A stretch of 64,000 bases of DNA from Mobula hypostoma (lineage: Eukaryota), in the NCBI RefSeq assembly GCF_963921235.1, contig NC_086105.1, forward strand, positions 88,164,001 through 88,228,000. The letters are read 5' to 3'. The notes under the pieces are model-generated. The model saw only the letters and a program-made list of their open reading frames with translations. It was not told the DNA's origin and did no database searches. Below are positions 37,221-50,230 of this stretch, in pieces. The position numbers and the translations under genes are program-made. Each line of letters starts with the position of its first letter. Position 1 is the first letter of the stretch.

Positions 37221-38024
37221 CAGGGATTCTGGTTAATTGGGCCATCAGTTAATTGGGGCAGCTGCTTATTTGGGACAATTCCAAAAGAAAAAACACTACT
37301 CGAGAAAGTACCTGGAATTCTCTTCAGTCATTTGGGACACTACACCATTTAATTGGGACAGGAGACTGTTGCCGAACAGTTTCTATCTAGCATCAGTCGC
37401 ATGCACTTTCATATCTGTTAGACACTACAGTACTTAGAACTAACAGTTTTTAAATAGCATTAGTTGCATGTGTTTGTGTTCAAAAAGCAGTGATTTTTGT
37501 CACTGATAGTTGGCGAGAAATAAGCTGTAATTCAGAACTGTTTTGCTCACTGCAATTTCAAGCATTCAAGCTTGCTTGGAGATGCCAGAAACAGTCAGAA
37601 AATTATACAATTTCACTACTAGGAAGAATTTGAAGGCATCGAAAATCATCTTGAATGTTACAATGAAAATTTGGAAGATATAGTTGTAAAGAGCATTTTA
37701 TGAAGGCAGTCCATTATCTGCATTAGGCATTTGCGCTAACTTTGTTCATTCACAATCAATCAAAAGAATATGGGAGTGTAGAACAGGTGAAATTCTCTAT
37801 TGATAATTATTACGAACCAATATACCAGTACTGTAGTCGTATTGGTAATGTTCTAATTAGTTCTGTATTACTTTTTAAAATAAAATGTGTTACTCAGTTA
37901 AATGAGCTTGTCTTTTTTAATATACCTTTAACTATTTCCATGAAACTTTGGCTAATTGGGACAGTCACTTAACTGAGCCAAAATGTACTGGTCTTGATGT
38001 GTCCCAATTATCCAGAGTTCACTG
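37221..38024. mobile_element. Non-autonomous Tc1/mariner (Tigger/pogo-like) DNA transposon
   Basis: Imperfect TIRs: CAGGGATTCTGGTTAATTGGGCCA versus the reverse complement of the right end, CAGTGAACTCTGGATAATTGGGACA. Internal TAATTGGG(A)CA repeats. It interrupts a CR1 fragment that resumes at about 38030. Confidence 0.6.
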
Positions 38025-38922
38025 TGCACAGTATCAAACAGCAGAGGCCCCACTCTGCATATGCAGCCACAGACCTCCAGCTAGAATAAGTCTCATCTAT
38101 CTCTACCCTCTTTCTCCTATGGGCAAGTGAATTCTGAATCCAAATAGTCATTTCACTGTATATCCCATGATTCTTCATCTTTTGTTGAAGTATCTTGAAG
38201 GAAGAGCAAGAGAGACTGGGATTTAGGATGGAGGTTGTAGAGCTGAAAGCCCCATAGTTTGAGGAATGAATAATTCTCAAAGACTACAGCACCACAGGAA
38301 GTACTTTTAGGGTGAGAGCAAATTCAATCAGCCTCTACAAAAATGCAATTCAACAACTTCGATGGGCAACTTTGTCAAAAAAAACCCCTCCCTACAGACA
38401 TCCTGGAAGCAGGAGAGGGAAAGGTACAAAACAGTCCTAATATTGCATCTTTCAAGACTATAGGACATGCTAGGAGGCTAGTCCAGAGACATGACTTAGA
38501 AATGTAGTAGTATTGGAGACGGTTATCTTTTTGGATGCAATTTTAAACTAAGGCTCTTGATTTAGTGTTTGCTGGTGTTCTGCACAATATTTGTTCTCTA
38601 TCCAGAATTACTAAAACAAGAGGAGGTCTTGGGGGTTATCACGTTGTTAGTTTAAGTAATTTTACACACAGATTTCCCACAACGGAGACCAGGCATTAAA
38701 ATAAGACATGATTGGGCACGAATAACTTACTGCTCTTGCTTACAGGCTGGCTGTCAGGCGCTTTGGCACGACCTGACCTTAAGCCACGATTAAGTTACAT
38801 GAATTGGGTCAATTTCCCCTGCACCAGGAACAGTGGATTCCGGTGAAGAGCTGGGCTTCTGCTGGATGAACGGTTAGAATGAGACGGACCTGAGACCTCT
38901 GATGTGTCTGTGTGGATCCTGT

Positions 38923-39355
38923 CTGTCTGTATCTTGTTTTTTACGGCGGTTGGCATCCAGCTTAATGGTGCATTACCGCCACCCTCTGCTCCAGAATGTG
39001 CTCTAGACATACATTCTAAATCCCTTCACCCAATCGCACACACATACACACACATATATATATACAAACCTACACTTCACCCTCCCATCTTTGACCATCC
39101 TAGTATCCTATTCCTGTTTATTCATCATATTCTATAAAAAACCCCTATACCCCTTAAAAACGCTAAAAATGCCCGGACTTGTGCTCTCTCACCCATGCCC
39201 AGCAATCCTTTTAATGTGAATTCCTGCATCCCCAACTCCCTTAATTTATTTCTCATCATCTCTCTCTGTATCCCATACTTCCTGCAACACAAAACTACAT
39301 GTTCTACTGACTCCTCTTCCTGACATTCCTCACACAATCCCGTCTGGTGTTTTCC
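38923..39355 (-). mobile_element. I-clade (Nimb-like) LINE 3' fragment with perfect 15-bp TSD
   Basis: Encodes GKHQTGLCEECQEEESVEHVVLCCRKY...FLRGIGVFYRI* (CCHC knuckle). Terminal GGCGGTAATGCACC...GGATGCCAACCGCCG stem-loop. TSD CTGTGTGGATCCTGT at 38908-38922 and 39356-39370. Confidence 0.8.
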
Positions 39356-39419
39356 CTGTGTGGATCCTGTGAGTGACCATGTGCTATAGGACTCTATAAT
39401 CACGTTTAAGTTGTGTGGA

Positions 39420-39632
39420 CATAGCGGTTAGTATACCGCTCTGCACGGTTTTCCCAGGTCCTCCGGGTGCTCCGGTTTCCCCCCACGTCACAAACACGCA
39501 CCGATTAGGATTTGGGGACTGCGCTGGTCCCGGAAACGTGGCGACACTTGCAGGCTTCCCACACCACATCGTCGCAGATTTAAATTGATGCAAATGATTC
39601 ATGTTGCTGAGGTACATGAGAAATAAAGCATC
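39420..39632 (+). mobile_element. SINE (V-SINE-like) adjacent to the promoter
   Basis: CTCCGGGTGCTCCGGTTTCCCCCCAC core and a terminal AAATAAAGCATCT. Confidence 0.5.
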
Positions 39633-39651
39633 TTTAAATTTTAACAGATAC

Positions 39652-39720
39652 CTGGGTGATTGACAGCTCGCTTCCCGCCACTGGTGCTCCGAGCGCAGCG
39701 CCAATCCTTCTCCCACGTGA
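39652..39720 (-). other. NUDT1: Probable non-coding exon 1 of NUDT1 (5' limit uncertain)
   Basis: Minus-strand donor CAG|gtatct at the edge of the CpG island. The first coding exon has an acceptor upstream of its ATG, so a leader exon is required. Confidence 0.5.
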
Positions 39721-39925
39721 CCCCGTTTCCCCTCCCATCGGACCGGAGCTCGTGAGGAGGGGGCGGGGCCGAACGGAGAAATGTTTCCGGCCGGACTTCT
39801 CCGAAAGTGAGACCTTCTTCCGCTGTGTGCTAAACAAACGTGTGTCTTCCGGTCCGGAGGTTCGCTGGCGCGGTCCTACCCCCATTCCGGTTGGCTGTTC
39901 TCCTTGCCACCCCGTCTCGGCAGGC
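39660..39925. promoter_or_regulatory. CpG-island bidirectional promoter for NUDT1 and MRM2
   Basis: High CpG density. E2F-like TTCCCGCC (39672), CCAAT (39701), E-box CACGTG (39714), GC box GGGGCGGGGC (39760), and three ETS TTCCGG sites (39785, 39847, 39885). The two genes are head to head. Confidence 0.8.
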
Positions 39926-40032
39926 TATGTGACTTTGGTGATGTAGCTAAAAAGTTCAAGACTCTTCCCAACCGTGTGATTGAGACGTTGGGGAGGCCTT
40001 CAAAGAAGATATTCAATGTTGATGGAGGACAT

Positions 40033-40061
40033 ATGGTGATTCTGCGGAGTGTCGCTAAGAG
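40033..40061 (+). other. MRM2: Candidate 3' part of MRM2 exon 1 (ATG...AG|gtaagg)
   Basis: ATG GTG ATT CTG CGG AGT GTC GCT AAG AG followed by a strong donor; a second near-identical donor lies at 40084. As assembled it is out of frame with exon 2. Confidence 0.45.
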
Positions 40062-40389
40062 GTAAGGTGGTGGTCATTAAGAGGTAAGAGTTGGGGGTCT
40101 CAAGCGTACTGTGAGTTGCGCACTTATGACAACATAGATTGCCAACGGCCTAACATCACAGAATACTGGAGGACCGGGTCAGGGAAATGGACTGTGGACG
40201 TTTCGGGTCGAAACCCTTAATCTGGACTGAAATGACGATTGTACATTTTCTTTCAGAGATGTCAACTGCCCCACTGAGTTCCTTGAGCACGTTGTGTGTT
40301 GCATCAGATGCCAGCCTCCGTATATACATTAAACAAGACTGCCCACTCCTCACATTCCCCTGCTGCTTATACTCTTCTTCATAAAACTC

Positions 40390-41400
40390 GTAAGACTTTG
40401 GAACAGAAATGGGTCAATAGACCTATTGAGTCTGCTCCGCCATTTCATCATGGATGATGCATTCTCCCACTCAACCCCATTGTCTTGCCTTCTCCCTCTA
40501 ACCTTTTACGCTCTGACTAATCAAGAACCTCCTCCTTAAATACACCTAATGACCTGGTCTTTACATCCGCCTCTGGCAATGAATTCCACAGATTCACTGT
40601 CTGGCTAAAGAATTTCATCCTCATCTCTCTTCTAAATGGAAGTCCCTCTATTCTGAGGTTTTGCCCTCTTGTCCTAGACTCCCCCACTAAAGGAAACATC
40701 TGCTCTGTCTAGGCCTTTCAACATTCATTAGGTTTCAATAAGATTCCCCCTCATTCTTCTAAATTCCAGCAAGTGCAAGTCCAGAACAGTCAATTGCTCA
40801 TCATATGATAAGCTGGAATCATTCCATGATCTTCTGACACCCTCTTTAATGTCAGAACCTTTTTTAAGGGGCCCAAAACTGCTCACAATATTCCAAGTGA
40901 AGCCTCACCTGTGTCTTATAAAGCCTCAGCATTACATCTTTGATTTTATATTCTAGTCCTCTCGAAATGAATGCTAACATTGCATTTGCCTTCCTCACCA
41001 CCTACTCAACTTGCACAAGAACTCCCAAGTCCCTTTGTACATTGGATTCTTAAATTTTCTCCCTATTTAAAAAAAACCTATACTTGTATTCCTTCTACCA
41101 AGGTGCATGACCATACACTTCCCAACACTATGTGCCATCTACCACTTCTTTGCCCATTCTCCTGATCTGTCCAACTCCTTCTGCAGTCTCCCTGCTCCTC
41201 TGCCTATCTTCATATTGTCCACAAATCTGGTCATAAAGCCATCAGTTCTGTCATCCAAATCATTGATATACAACACAAAAAGCAATGCCAAAATCTGTGG
41301 CCAATCAGAAAAGACTTCCTTTATTCCCGCTTTCTGCCTCCTGTCAATCAGCCAATGCTCTATCCATGTTAGTATCTTTCCTGTAATACCATGAGCTCTT
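40390..41400 (-). mobile_element. CR1-clade LINE fragment
   Basis: Minus ORF 40517-40699 (MFPLVGESRTRGQNLRIEG..VNLWNSLP). Confidence 0.75.
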
Positions 41401-41402
41401 GT

Positions 41403-42370
41403 TAATCAGAATCAGGTTTAATATCACCGGCATATGTTGTGAAGGTTGTTAACTTTGCGGCAGCTGTACAATGCAGTACAAGATAATATAGAAAAAGACT
41501 GTGAATTACAGTAAATGTGTGTGTAAATGCATGTGCGTGTGTGTACATACATGTCTGCACGTACATAAATAGTTAAGTAAGTCATGCAAAAACAAACATA
41601 GAAGTATTGAGGTAGTGTTCGTGGGTTCAGTGTCCATTCACAAATCAGAAGGCAGAGAGGAAAAATCTGTTCCCTAGTTGTTGAGATTTGGCCTAAGGTT
41701 TCTGTGCCTCCTCCCTGATGGTAGTGATGAGAAGAGGGCAAGTCTTGGGCGGTTGATGGAAGCCACCTTTTTGAGGCATCTTTCCTTGATGTTTTGGATA
41801 CTGGTGCCCATGATGACTCTCTGCAGCTTACTTTGATCCTGTTCAGTAGACACCACAACCACCCCCCCCCCACCCACCAAAACACCAGATTGTGATGCAG
41901 TTAGTTAGAAGGCTGTCCATGGTACATCTGTAGAAATTTGTGAGTGTTTTAGGTGACATACCAAATCTGCTGAAACTCCTAATGAAATACTGTCACTGTC
42001 TTGCATTCTTTATGGCTGCATTGATATGTTGGGACCAGGTTAGGTCCTCAGAGATATTAACACCCGGGAATTTGAAATTACTCACTCTCTCTGCTTTTGA
42101 TCCCTCTATGAGGACTGGTATGTTTTCCTTCGTCTTACTCTTTTTGAAGTCCCCAATCATCTCTTTGATCTTACACATGTTGAGTGCAAGTTTGCTGCTG
42201 CGACACCACTGCTGGTATATCTCACTCCTGTATGCCTTCTCATTAATACCTGAGATTCTACCAACAGTGGTATCATCAGCAAGTTTCTAGATGCCATTTG
42301 AGCTGTGCCTAGCCATGTGGTCATGGGCATTGAGAGAGTAGAGCAGTGGGCGAAGCACACATCCCTGGAC
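41403..42370 (-). mobile_element. Rex1/Babar-type LINE fragment
   Basis: Minus ORFs with KEMIGDFKK..VSNFKFPGVNISEDLTWSQHI and LFSSLPSGRRHR; (tctgat)n tail. Confidence 0.75.
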
Positions 42371-42769
42371 TGTTAAGCAGCCTCATGTGTGCCACTTTGT
42401 CTGTGTGCCTTCTGAAAATCCAAGTACACAACATCCACTGATTCTCTTTTGTCTATCCTGCTTGTTATTTCCTCGAAGAATTCTACCAGATTTGTCAGGC
42501 AAGATTTTCCCTAAAGGAAAGCGTGCTGACTTTCATGACTCTGCTAATGATCTGATCCCCAATCTTCTACTTTTTTTTATAATCTCCAATCATTACTTCT
42601 GATGGCTGGCCATTCCTTTGCTGGCCATTCACAATCCACCTTCTACAATTATGGAAATATCTATTTCTTACACCCTCTTCATATCTGAGTAATACCTACA
42701 TGTGTCAAAAGAATGCTTCTAATTCCTGATCATACCTACTTTGACTCTTATAAATTTGTGGACTTGACT

Positions 42770-43222
42770 TTACAACATAGAACTGTTCAGCATGAGCCCC
42801 CAAATCCTCCAGACCTTCTACAGGGGCACGATGGAGAGCATTCTGACTGGCTGTATCACCGTCTGGAACTGCACCAACCTTGATTGCTGAGCACTGCAGA
42901 GAGTGGTACGGACAGCCCAACACATCTATAGATGTGAACTTCCCTCCATCGAGGACATTTACAGCAGCGGGTGCAGAAAGAAGACCAGGAAGATCATCGG
43001 GACACCAGTCACCACAACAGTAAATTGTTTCAGCTGTTTCTGTCTGGCAAATGGTACTGCAGCATTAAAGCTATGACCAACAGGCTACGGGATAGCTTCT
43101 TTCTACAAGCCATTACACTTTTAAATCCACATGTCTGTACATTATAATGGAGTTTAATGCAAAGATTTTAACTCTCTCATGTTGTGGGATGGATGTAAGA
43201 TATAAATAAATTCAAATTCAAA
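42770..43222 (+). mobile_element. Rex1/Babar-type LINE 3' fragment
   Basis: GAGAGCATTCTGACTGGCTGTATCACCGTCTGG (ESILTGCITVW) and ..DSFFLQAI terminus. Confidence 0.65.
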
Positions 43223-43563
43223 TACAGAAATAGGCCCACTTGTTTTGTAGAATCTATCTGAAGTTAAAGGGGAAAATCTGTTTGATTTTAAATAAAAGCT
43301 GAAAGTATGGGACAATAAACAATTTGCTTCAGAAACATGAGCAGCCTCTATGAGAGGACAGGAATTGTTGATGTTTCAGGACAAAATCCTGCATCAGGAC
43401 CTGCATTGAGTTTCATCCTAAAATGTCAAGAATACTTCTCTTAGATGCTGCTCAACCCACAAGAGTTCCTCCAGCAGATTATTAGTTGCTCCATTTTCCA
43501 GCATCTTCAGTTTATTTTGTCTCTTCTGAAAGCATTGTTTGTTCATCTCCCCAGTGTTTATAG

Positions 43564-43848
<285 letters not shown>

Positions 43849-43979
43849 TGATGCGGTATTAAATGTTTTGTTCATTTTCAGGATGTAGGTGTCATTCCCA
43901 AGACCAACATTTATTTCCTTTTTCTAATTATAGAACTAAATGGCTTGTGTGGCTCATTTTAGTAGGGAGCTACTGTGTC

Positions 43980-44757
43980 CTTTTTTGAGGATGTGACTAA
44001 AAACACTGATGAAGGAAGAGCGGTAGAAATGTATATAGATTTTAGCAAGACGTTTGATAAGGTACCCCATGCAAGGCTTATTGAGAAAGTAAGGAGGCAT
44101 AGGATCCAAGGGGACATTGCTTTCTGGATCAAGAACTAGCTTGCCCACAGAAGGCAAAGAGTGGTTGTAGATGGGTCATATTCTGCATGGAGGTCAGTCA
44201 CCAGTGGAGTGCCTCAGGGATCTGTTCTGGGACCCTTACTCTTTGTGATTTTTATAAATGACCTGGATGAGGAAGTGGAGGGATGGGTTAGTAAGTTTGC
44301 TGATGACACAGAGGTTAGAGGTGTTGTGGATAGTGTGGAGGGCTGTCAGAGGGTACAGTGGGACATTGATAGGGTGCAAAACTGGGCTGAGAAGTGGCAG
44401 ATGGAGTTCAACCCAGATAAGTGTGAAGTGGTTCATTTTGGTAGGTCAAATATGATGGCAGAATATAGTATTAATGCTAAGACTCTGGGCAGTGTGGAGG
44501 ATTGGAGGATCGGAGGATCAGAGGGATCTTGGGGTCCGAGTCCATAGGTTGCTCAAAGCAGCTGTGCGGGCTGACTCTGGTTAAGAAGGCGTACAGTGTC
44601 CTGGCCTTCATCAATCGTGGAATTGAATTTAGAAGCCGAGAGGTAATGTTGCAGCTATATAGGACCCTGGTCAGACCCCACTTGTAGGGACATGTTCGGC
44701 ACAACTTTGTGGGCTGAAGGTCCTGTATTGTGCCGTGGGTTTTTTATGTTTCTATGT
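43980..44757 (+). mobile_element. CR1-clade LINE RT fragment with internal deletion
   Basis: ORF 44161-44547 ([35 protein letters not shown]). The sequence jumps to the 3' tail at about 44685; same subfamily as 29175-30302. Confidence 0.88.
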
Positions 44758-45751
44758 CCTCTTTGATAGGTCTGTAGCTGCGTACAAGTCAGACCAGAAA
44801 ACTGAATTTTCTTTCCTTAACATTAATGAATGTTATGGGATTTTACAACCGCACAATACTTTAATGATCACTAGAATACTGATGGTAGCTTTTAATTTTA
44901 GTTTAGTTACTTGAATTTAAATATTCCAGCTGTTGAGTTAGGATTTGACGTGTCTCCGCATCATTACTCCAGCTCTGTTTTTCTAGTTCAGTCATGTAAC
45001 TGCTGTGCCTTTAAACCCTTAAAAAGGGCATAAGCTTGAGATTCCATGAACTGATCATGATCCTCTCCATTTGGCACCATGCACATTTTGTTGCAAATGT
45101 AATTTATTTTTGTTGCAGTAAAATAAATATTTTAATAACATGTAGCAGGCAATATTTTTGAAATGTGTGTCAAAGGGCTCTCAGAGCGGACTTTCTATTC
45201 AGTTTCCCTGGGGTGTCGAGTCTCTCTGTATTCACACCCCTGGGAGCATCCACTCTCTCTGAGTCCTATTGACTATATCAGTACTTCCAGGACATTGTCA
45301 GTATTTCGTACTTGTGGGACAGCCTAAATAATTCAATTCAATTTGAGTTCAATTGTCATTCAACCATACATGAAAACAGCCAAACAAGACACCGTTCCTC
45401 CGGGACCAAGGTGCTAAACATGGTACCAATACTGTAGTTGCATCGCACAAAGCACACACAGCACTTCCAAGGTAGCAAGGACAGAAAGATAGCAGTAAGA
45501 TACAGCCACGCAATAAACAAAGTTTAGTCTCAAGCCACGAATGCTGCGGAAATCTGCGGTCAACCACAATCCACTTTCTGTTCTGCTGAGCGGACCTCGG
45601 GGGTGGGGGGGGTGCTCCGTCTTCAGCCTGGATGCCATGTCACACTGGTCCCGGTGGAGCCAATAAATTTAAGAATTAAAAATAATTGAAATCTGGGCAC
45701 CATTGACAAGGGCATTCAAAATTGAAAGTAAATTTATTATCGAAGTGTATA

Positions 45752-46228
45752 CATAGAAAAATAGAAAATAGGTGCAGGAGTAGGCCATTCAGCCCTTCGA
45801 GCCTGCACCGCCATTTATTATGATCGTGGCTGATCATCCAACTCAGAACCCAGCCTTCCCTCCATACCCCCTGACCCCTGTAGCCACAAGGGCCATATCT
45901 AACTTCCTTTTAAACATAGCTAATGAACTGGCCTCAACAGTTTGCTGTGGCAGAGAATTCCACAGATTCACCACTCTCTGTGTGAAGAAGTTTTTCCTAA
46001 CCTCGGTCCTAAAAGGCTTCCCCTCTATCCTCAAACTGTGACCCCTCGTTCTAGACCTCCCCAACATCGGGAACAATCTTCCCGCATCTAGCCTGTCCAA
46101 TCCCTTTAGGATCTTATACGTTTCAATCAGATCCCCCCTCAATCTTCTAAATTCCAACGAGTACAAGCCCAGTTCATCCAGTCTTTCTTCATATGAAAGA
46201 CCTGCCATCCCAGGAATCAATCTGGTGA
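45752..46228 (-). mobile_element. Young CR1 3' fragment
   Basis: Uninterrupted TRLIPGMAGLSYEERLDELGLYSLEFRRLRGDLIETYKI...FFTQRVVNLWNSLP, with CpGs retained. Confidence 0.88.
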
Positions 46229-47782
46229 GAAACACAATAGAATCCATGATAAACCACCTACAACAAATTCTGACAAACTTCCGATCTTTGAAAAAAGAAT
46301 AAGTTGTGCAAACAATGAAAAAGTAAACTAATAACGCATAAAATATGAACTGCAGAATCTCCAAAAGTGAGTCCACAGGCTGGGAAATCAGTTCAGCACT
46401 GAGATGAATGAACCTGGTCCAGGAGCTCGATGGCTGCAGAGACCCTGAAAATGGGTCCACAGGCTAGAGAGTCAGTTCAGCTCTGAGGCAGGTAAAGTCC
46501 AACCAGTAGCCTGATGGCTGCAGGGCAGCAACTGCTGCCAAACCTGGCAACGTAGGACCCAAGACTCCTGCAAGTAGTGAGAAAAGGGGGAGATGGGTCA
46601 AATGCAGGCAGACAGGACAGCTTAGATGGGGGATCTTGCTGACACAAAGAAGTGATTTGAACGCTAGTTTGTTTTCCACTTTAATATGGTTCTTCACTTT
46701 AACTGGCGCAGAGTACTGAGTCACATCGTTGGTTTATTTTCTGCCCTCGGGTCTTGACGCTTTAATCTGGCTTTAAATCCTCTCCAGTGATGGCCATACC
46801 TGTGTTCTTGAGAGTCAAGTTCACTGAAACCTTCAGGACATCACAATTGCTAGTTTGCTTAGATGGTTCAAAAGTATATTTCTCAGAGAGATATTACAGG
46901 CTTTAGATGGCAGTGATCATAGTCCAAAAGAAGTACGCTTGTAGAATAGCTATTAGTTTTGTGAGTCACCCGCAAAATGTCGCTGTACGTTGTCATTATT
47001 TATTACTCAATCCTAACTGGCCTTCAGAAGGTGGTGAGCTGCTTTCTTGAATTGCTGTAGGCCTCCTGGTGAAGGCACTCCCACAGTGCAGTTAGTTTGG
47101 AGTTCCAGGATTTGGATTCATGAAAAAATTGTGTATTTCCAGGTCAAGATGGCATGTAACTTAGAAAGAAACCTGCAGGCGGCGGTATTTCAATGCACTT
47201 GCTAACCTTGTCCTTGGGAGTAGAGATTGTGGTTTGGGGATGTGTGCTGAGTGAGTAATTGCGATGCATTTTTTAGATGTACACATTGCACCCACTGTGT
47301 ATTGGTGATGGATGAATTGAAGCAGACAAATTATTCATTGCAAGCTGCCACAAAGAAGTATCATATTGGCTACGTCACATGTTCTTCTAAGGCCTTCATC
47401 TGGGGAATAAACACTGATAAGTACTGTGGGGGGGAACAACCATATTATTCAACTATTGGTGCTATGGAAACTTTTAACATTCACCTAATGTAATGGAAAC
47501 TGGTACACTTACAGTGCAGTATTCACTTATTCGTACCTCATGAAGGTGCCTCACTGGACTGTCTCTGGGGTCAAGTATCAGTCAGAAGATTTGTTACACT
47601 TCTTTGATTTTGAATCAATATTGATGTGTCGTAGACTTAATGTGGTTTAAATAAAGGAAATAAATTGCATATCATATGTTGAAGTTAACAGTGAAGGTGG
47701 GGGGAACCTTCTCTCAAAATACAAAATCTCTCTTATTTGTTCTGGCTTTTGGTAATTTTCATTTAATTTTATTTCTTTGCAG

Positions 47783-48207
47783 ATCTGCAGGCTGCAGTAG
47801 GTTCAGTGGTGGGAGTTGATCTTCTGCACATCCCCTTGCTGGAGGGTGCAGTGTTCCTGTCTCATTGCGATCTCCTGGATCCTAAAGTTAAAGCCAGAAT
47901 ACAGGAGACCCTGCCAGGGGGAGAGGCTCAGGTTATTCTCAGTGACGTGGCACCGAATGCAAGTGGTATCCGTGAGCTGGACCAGCAACAATTTGTCGAA
48001 CTGTTCCTTTGTATCTTGGGCCTGGCTGAAAGGGTCCTGAGTCCCAGTGGTACTTTGCTTTGTAAATTCTGGGATGGAGCAAACACATTCCTCCTCCAAA
48101 AGCAACTTGCCAAATTGTTTGGAGAGGTGAAGATTTTAAAACCATCTGCAAGCAGAAAGGAGTCATCAGAAATCTACTTTTTAGCAAGAAGATTCAGAAG
48201 AAGTTGA
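47783..48207 (+). CDS. MRM2: Mitochondrial rRNA methyltransferase 2, last exon
   Basis: tttgcag|AT CTG..., 425 nt. Encodes (D)LQAAVGSVVGVDLLHIPLLEGA...VILSDVAPNASG...LLCKFWDG...KPSASRKESSEIYFLARRFRRS*. The K-D-K-E catalytic tetrad is intact; 232 aa from ATG 43570. Confidence 0.96.
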
Positions 48208-48405
48208 TGTTACCAACTGATAATGCTCCAGGGAGTTTTGATCGCAGTGTAATAATTTGTAGGCTTTATCACCTATTTGTAATTTCTCCATGTCTGTCCA
48301 GCACTCATACCCAGGTGGATGGCAAATATCCATTTCTTCAGCACAATTGACAGTAATCTGTTCCGAGGTGCTATGCAAAAATCTACAATGTTTTGTTTTA
48401 TCAAG

Positions 48406-48417
48406 AATAAAAATAAA
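48406..48417 (+). terminator. MRM2 polyadenylation signal
   Basis: Tandem AATAAAAATAAA about 200 nt after the stop codon. Confidence 0.6.
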
Positions 48418-49095
48418 TGTTTAGTCAGTCAGTTGAATAAAATCTAAGTTATTGAAAGAAAGATGTTTGCACAAATCTTTCCTCATCTCCTAACACAATG
48501 AAGTGTTTTTAGTATTGGCTTATTATTGTCACATGTACTGAGATACATTGGGGAAAAAAACGAAGTAGTGTCACTTACACAGTTGGAAAGTTCCAGTCAA
48601 TTTAAACATATTAACATACATCATTTCAAAGTGAAAGTAATTATTAATTTTGAAGCTCCCACATTAAGCAAAAAGACAAGTATGATAAAAAGCTGAATAT
48701 ATGGTACAAATTGTATAGGATTAGCTATTGATCATAGAATTTTTTTTTATTGAATTCAGGGTTTTTCAGCAATGCAAAAAGTGGATGTGTGGTCTGCTTT
48801 AAGTGTTGGCCAATACTGAAGTAGTGGCCAGGATGCTGGGGAGTAAAATAATGGCAAAATACTGACCTTCTAGGATGGGCATTGCTGCTAGGTTTCTCTT
48901 GCCCAACAAATATGACATTAATCCAACGTGTCAGTTATTTAACATATAGTATGTGGATTCTTCTTGCGTTCAAAGAAGAAAGCTGCAGGATTTATTCCAA
49001 ATCTGAACTGACCGTAGTCCCATTGATTGACCTCTGGTCCTTGGGTGAGTTAACTCAGTCTGATAAACCCTGAGATTACCCAAGGGCACTGATAA

Positions 49096-50230
49096 TACTG
49101 GATAACAATTTTTTTTTCTGGAAAGTGTTGCTTCCTCAGAATTTTTTTTTGTTTATGATAGACTAGTTTGAAACTGGAAACAAATATAATTTCAGACTAC
49201 TTGTATCATGCAGGAATTTGGCGAGACAAGAAATTAACTTTTATTGAATGTAATGCATTTAATTGTATAATGGTGATGATGCTTTGCAATAGTTCAACTA
49301 AGCTAAAAATATTTTGTTGATGATTTTCATTTGTACTCAGTGTCTGAGGTTTCACACTTGCTGTAAGTGTCCAACAATAGTCAGCCAACATTGGTAGATT
49401 CCAGTTGCCCTGATATCATTTCTCCATGACCTTAATGTCCTGGTGACACCTTTCACCATGCTCATCACTGACAAGATTTGCAAGGAAGAAGTCTAAATGG
49501 GAATTTAGAAAATAAACCTTCAGTGACATGTTGCTTGAAGCATGTTGTCAACCAACTGCAAGTGATTTGGTGCTGTGTAGTTGCCAATAAGATTTTCAAC
49601 AGCATCCTTGAATGCCTTCCGTGTGATTTTCTCCAGTTCCTCTTTAAGGTCTTGGAATTACCTGTCATTGATGAACTGTTTGATTTGTGAACCAACAAAA
49701 ATGTCTTTGTTAATCTTAGACACGAGAAAGCCTGCAGATGCTGGACATCCAAAGCAGCAGGTCAGGCAGCATTTATGGAAAAGAGTAGACATCTTGGCCT
49801 GCTGAATTCCTTGTGTGTGTGTGTGTTGCTTCCTTAAGCTTGGCGTCAGTTAATCTGACTTGAATTATGAATTGAAATAACAAATATAGGTGATTTCAAA
49901 AAAAGTGTGATGGGGAAATTTCATGCAACACACAAAATGCTGGAGGAACTTGGTAGTCCAAGCAGCATTTATGAAAAAGAGTACAGTCAAAGTTCAGTGT
50001 CCTGCCGAAGGGTCTTGGCCCAAAATGTCAACTGTACTCTTTTTCCATAGATGCTACCTGGCTTGTTGAGTTCTTCCAGCATTTTGTGTGTGTTGCTTGG
50101 ACTTCCAGCATCTGCAGATTTTCTCTTGTCTGTGATAGGGAAATTTGATGGTGATTTTCATGATCAGCAGCCCAAAATCCATAAGATACACCAAGAAGTA
50201 TTGAGGAAACAAAATCTTTGTCATCCAGTG
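49096..50230 (-). mobile_element. Chapaev3-type (CMC superfamily) DNA transposon, deletion derivative
   Basis: Termini TACTGGATAACAA / TTGTCATCCAGTG with TAA on both sides (49093-49095, 50231-50233). Minus-strand transposase remnant KDIFVGSQI...MSLKVYFLNSHLDFFLANLVSDEHGERCHQDIKVMEK*YQGNWNLPMLADYCWTL. Confidence 0.75.
49924..50130. mobile_element. Palindromic Penelope-tail-derived (MER6-like) hairpin element nested in the Chapaev3 copy
   Basis: Inverted arms GCAACACACAAAATGCTGGAGGAACT / AGTTCTTCCAGCATTTTGTGTGTGTTGC, flanked by an imperfect duplication GTGAT(G/A)GGGAAATTT(C/G)ATG. Confidence 0.7.

Noticed and set aside
45843-46460. 205-aa ORF
   Set aside because: It is a chance fusion of non-coding repeat tail sequence with a CR1 ORF2 C-terminus, not a host gene.
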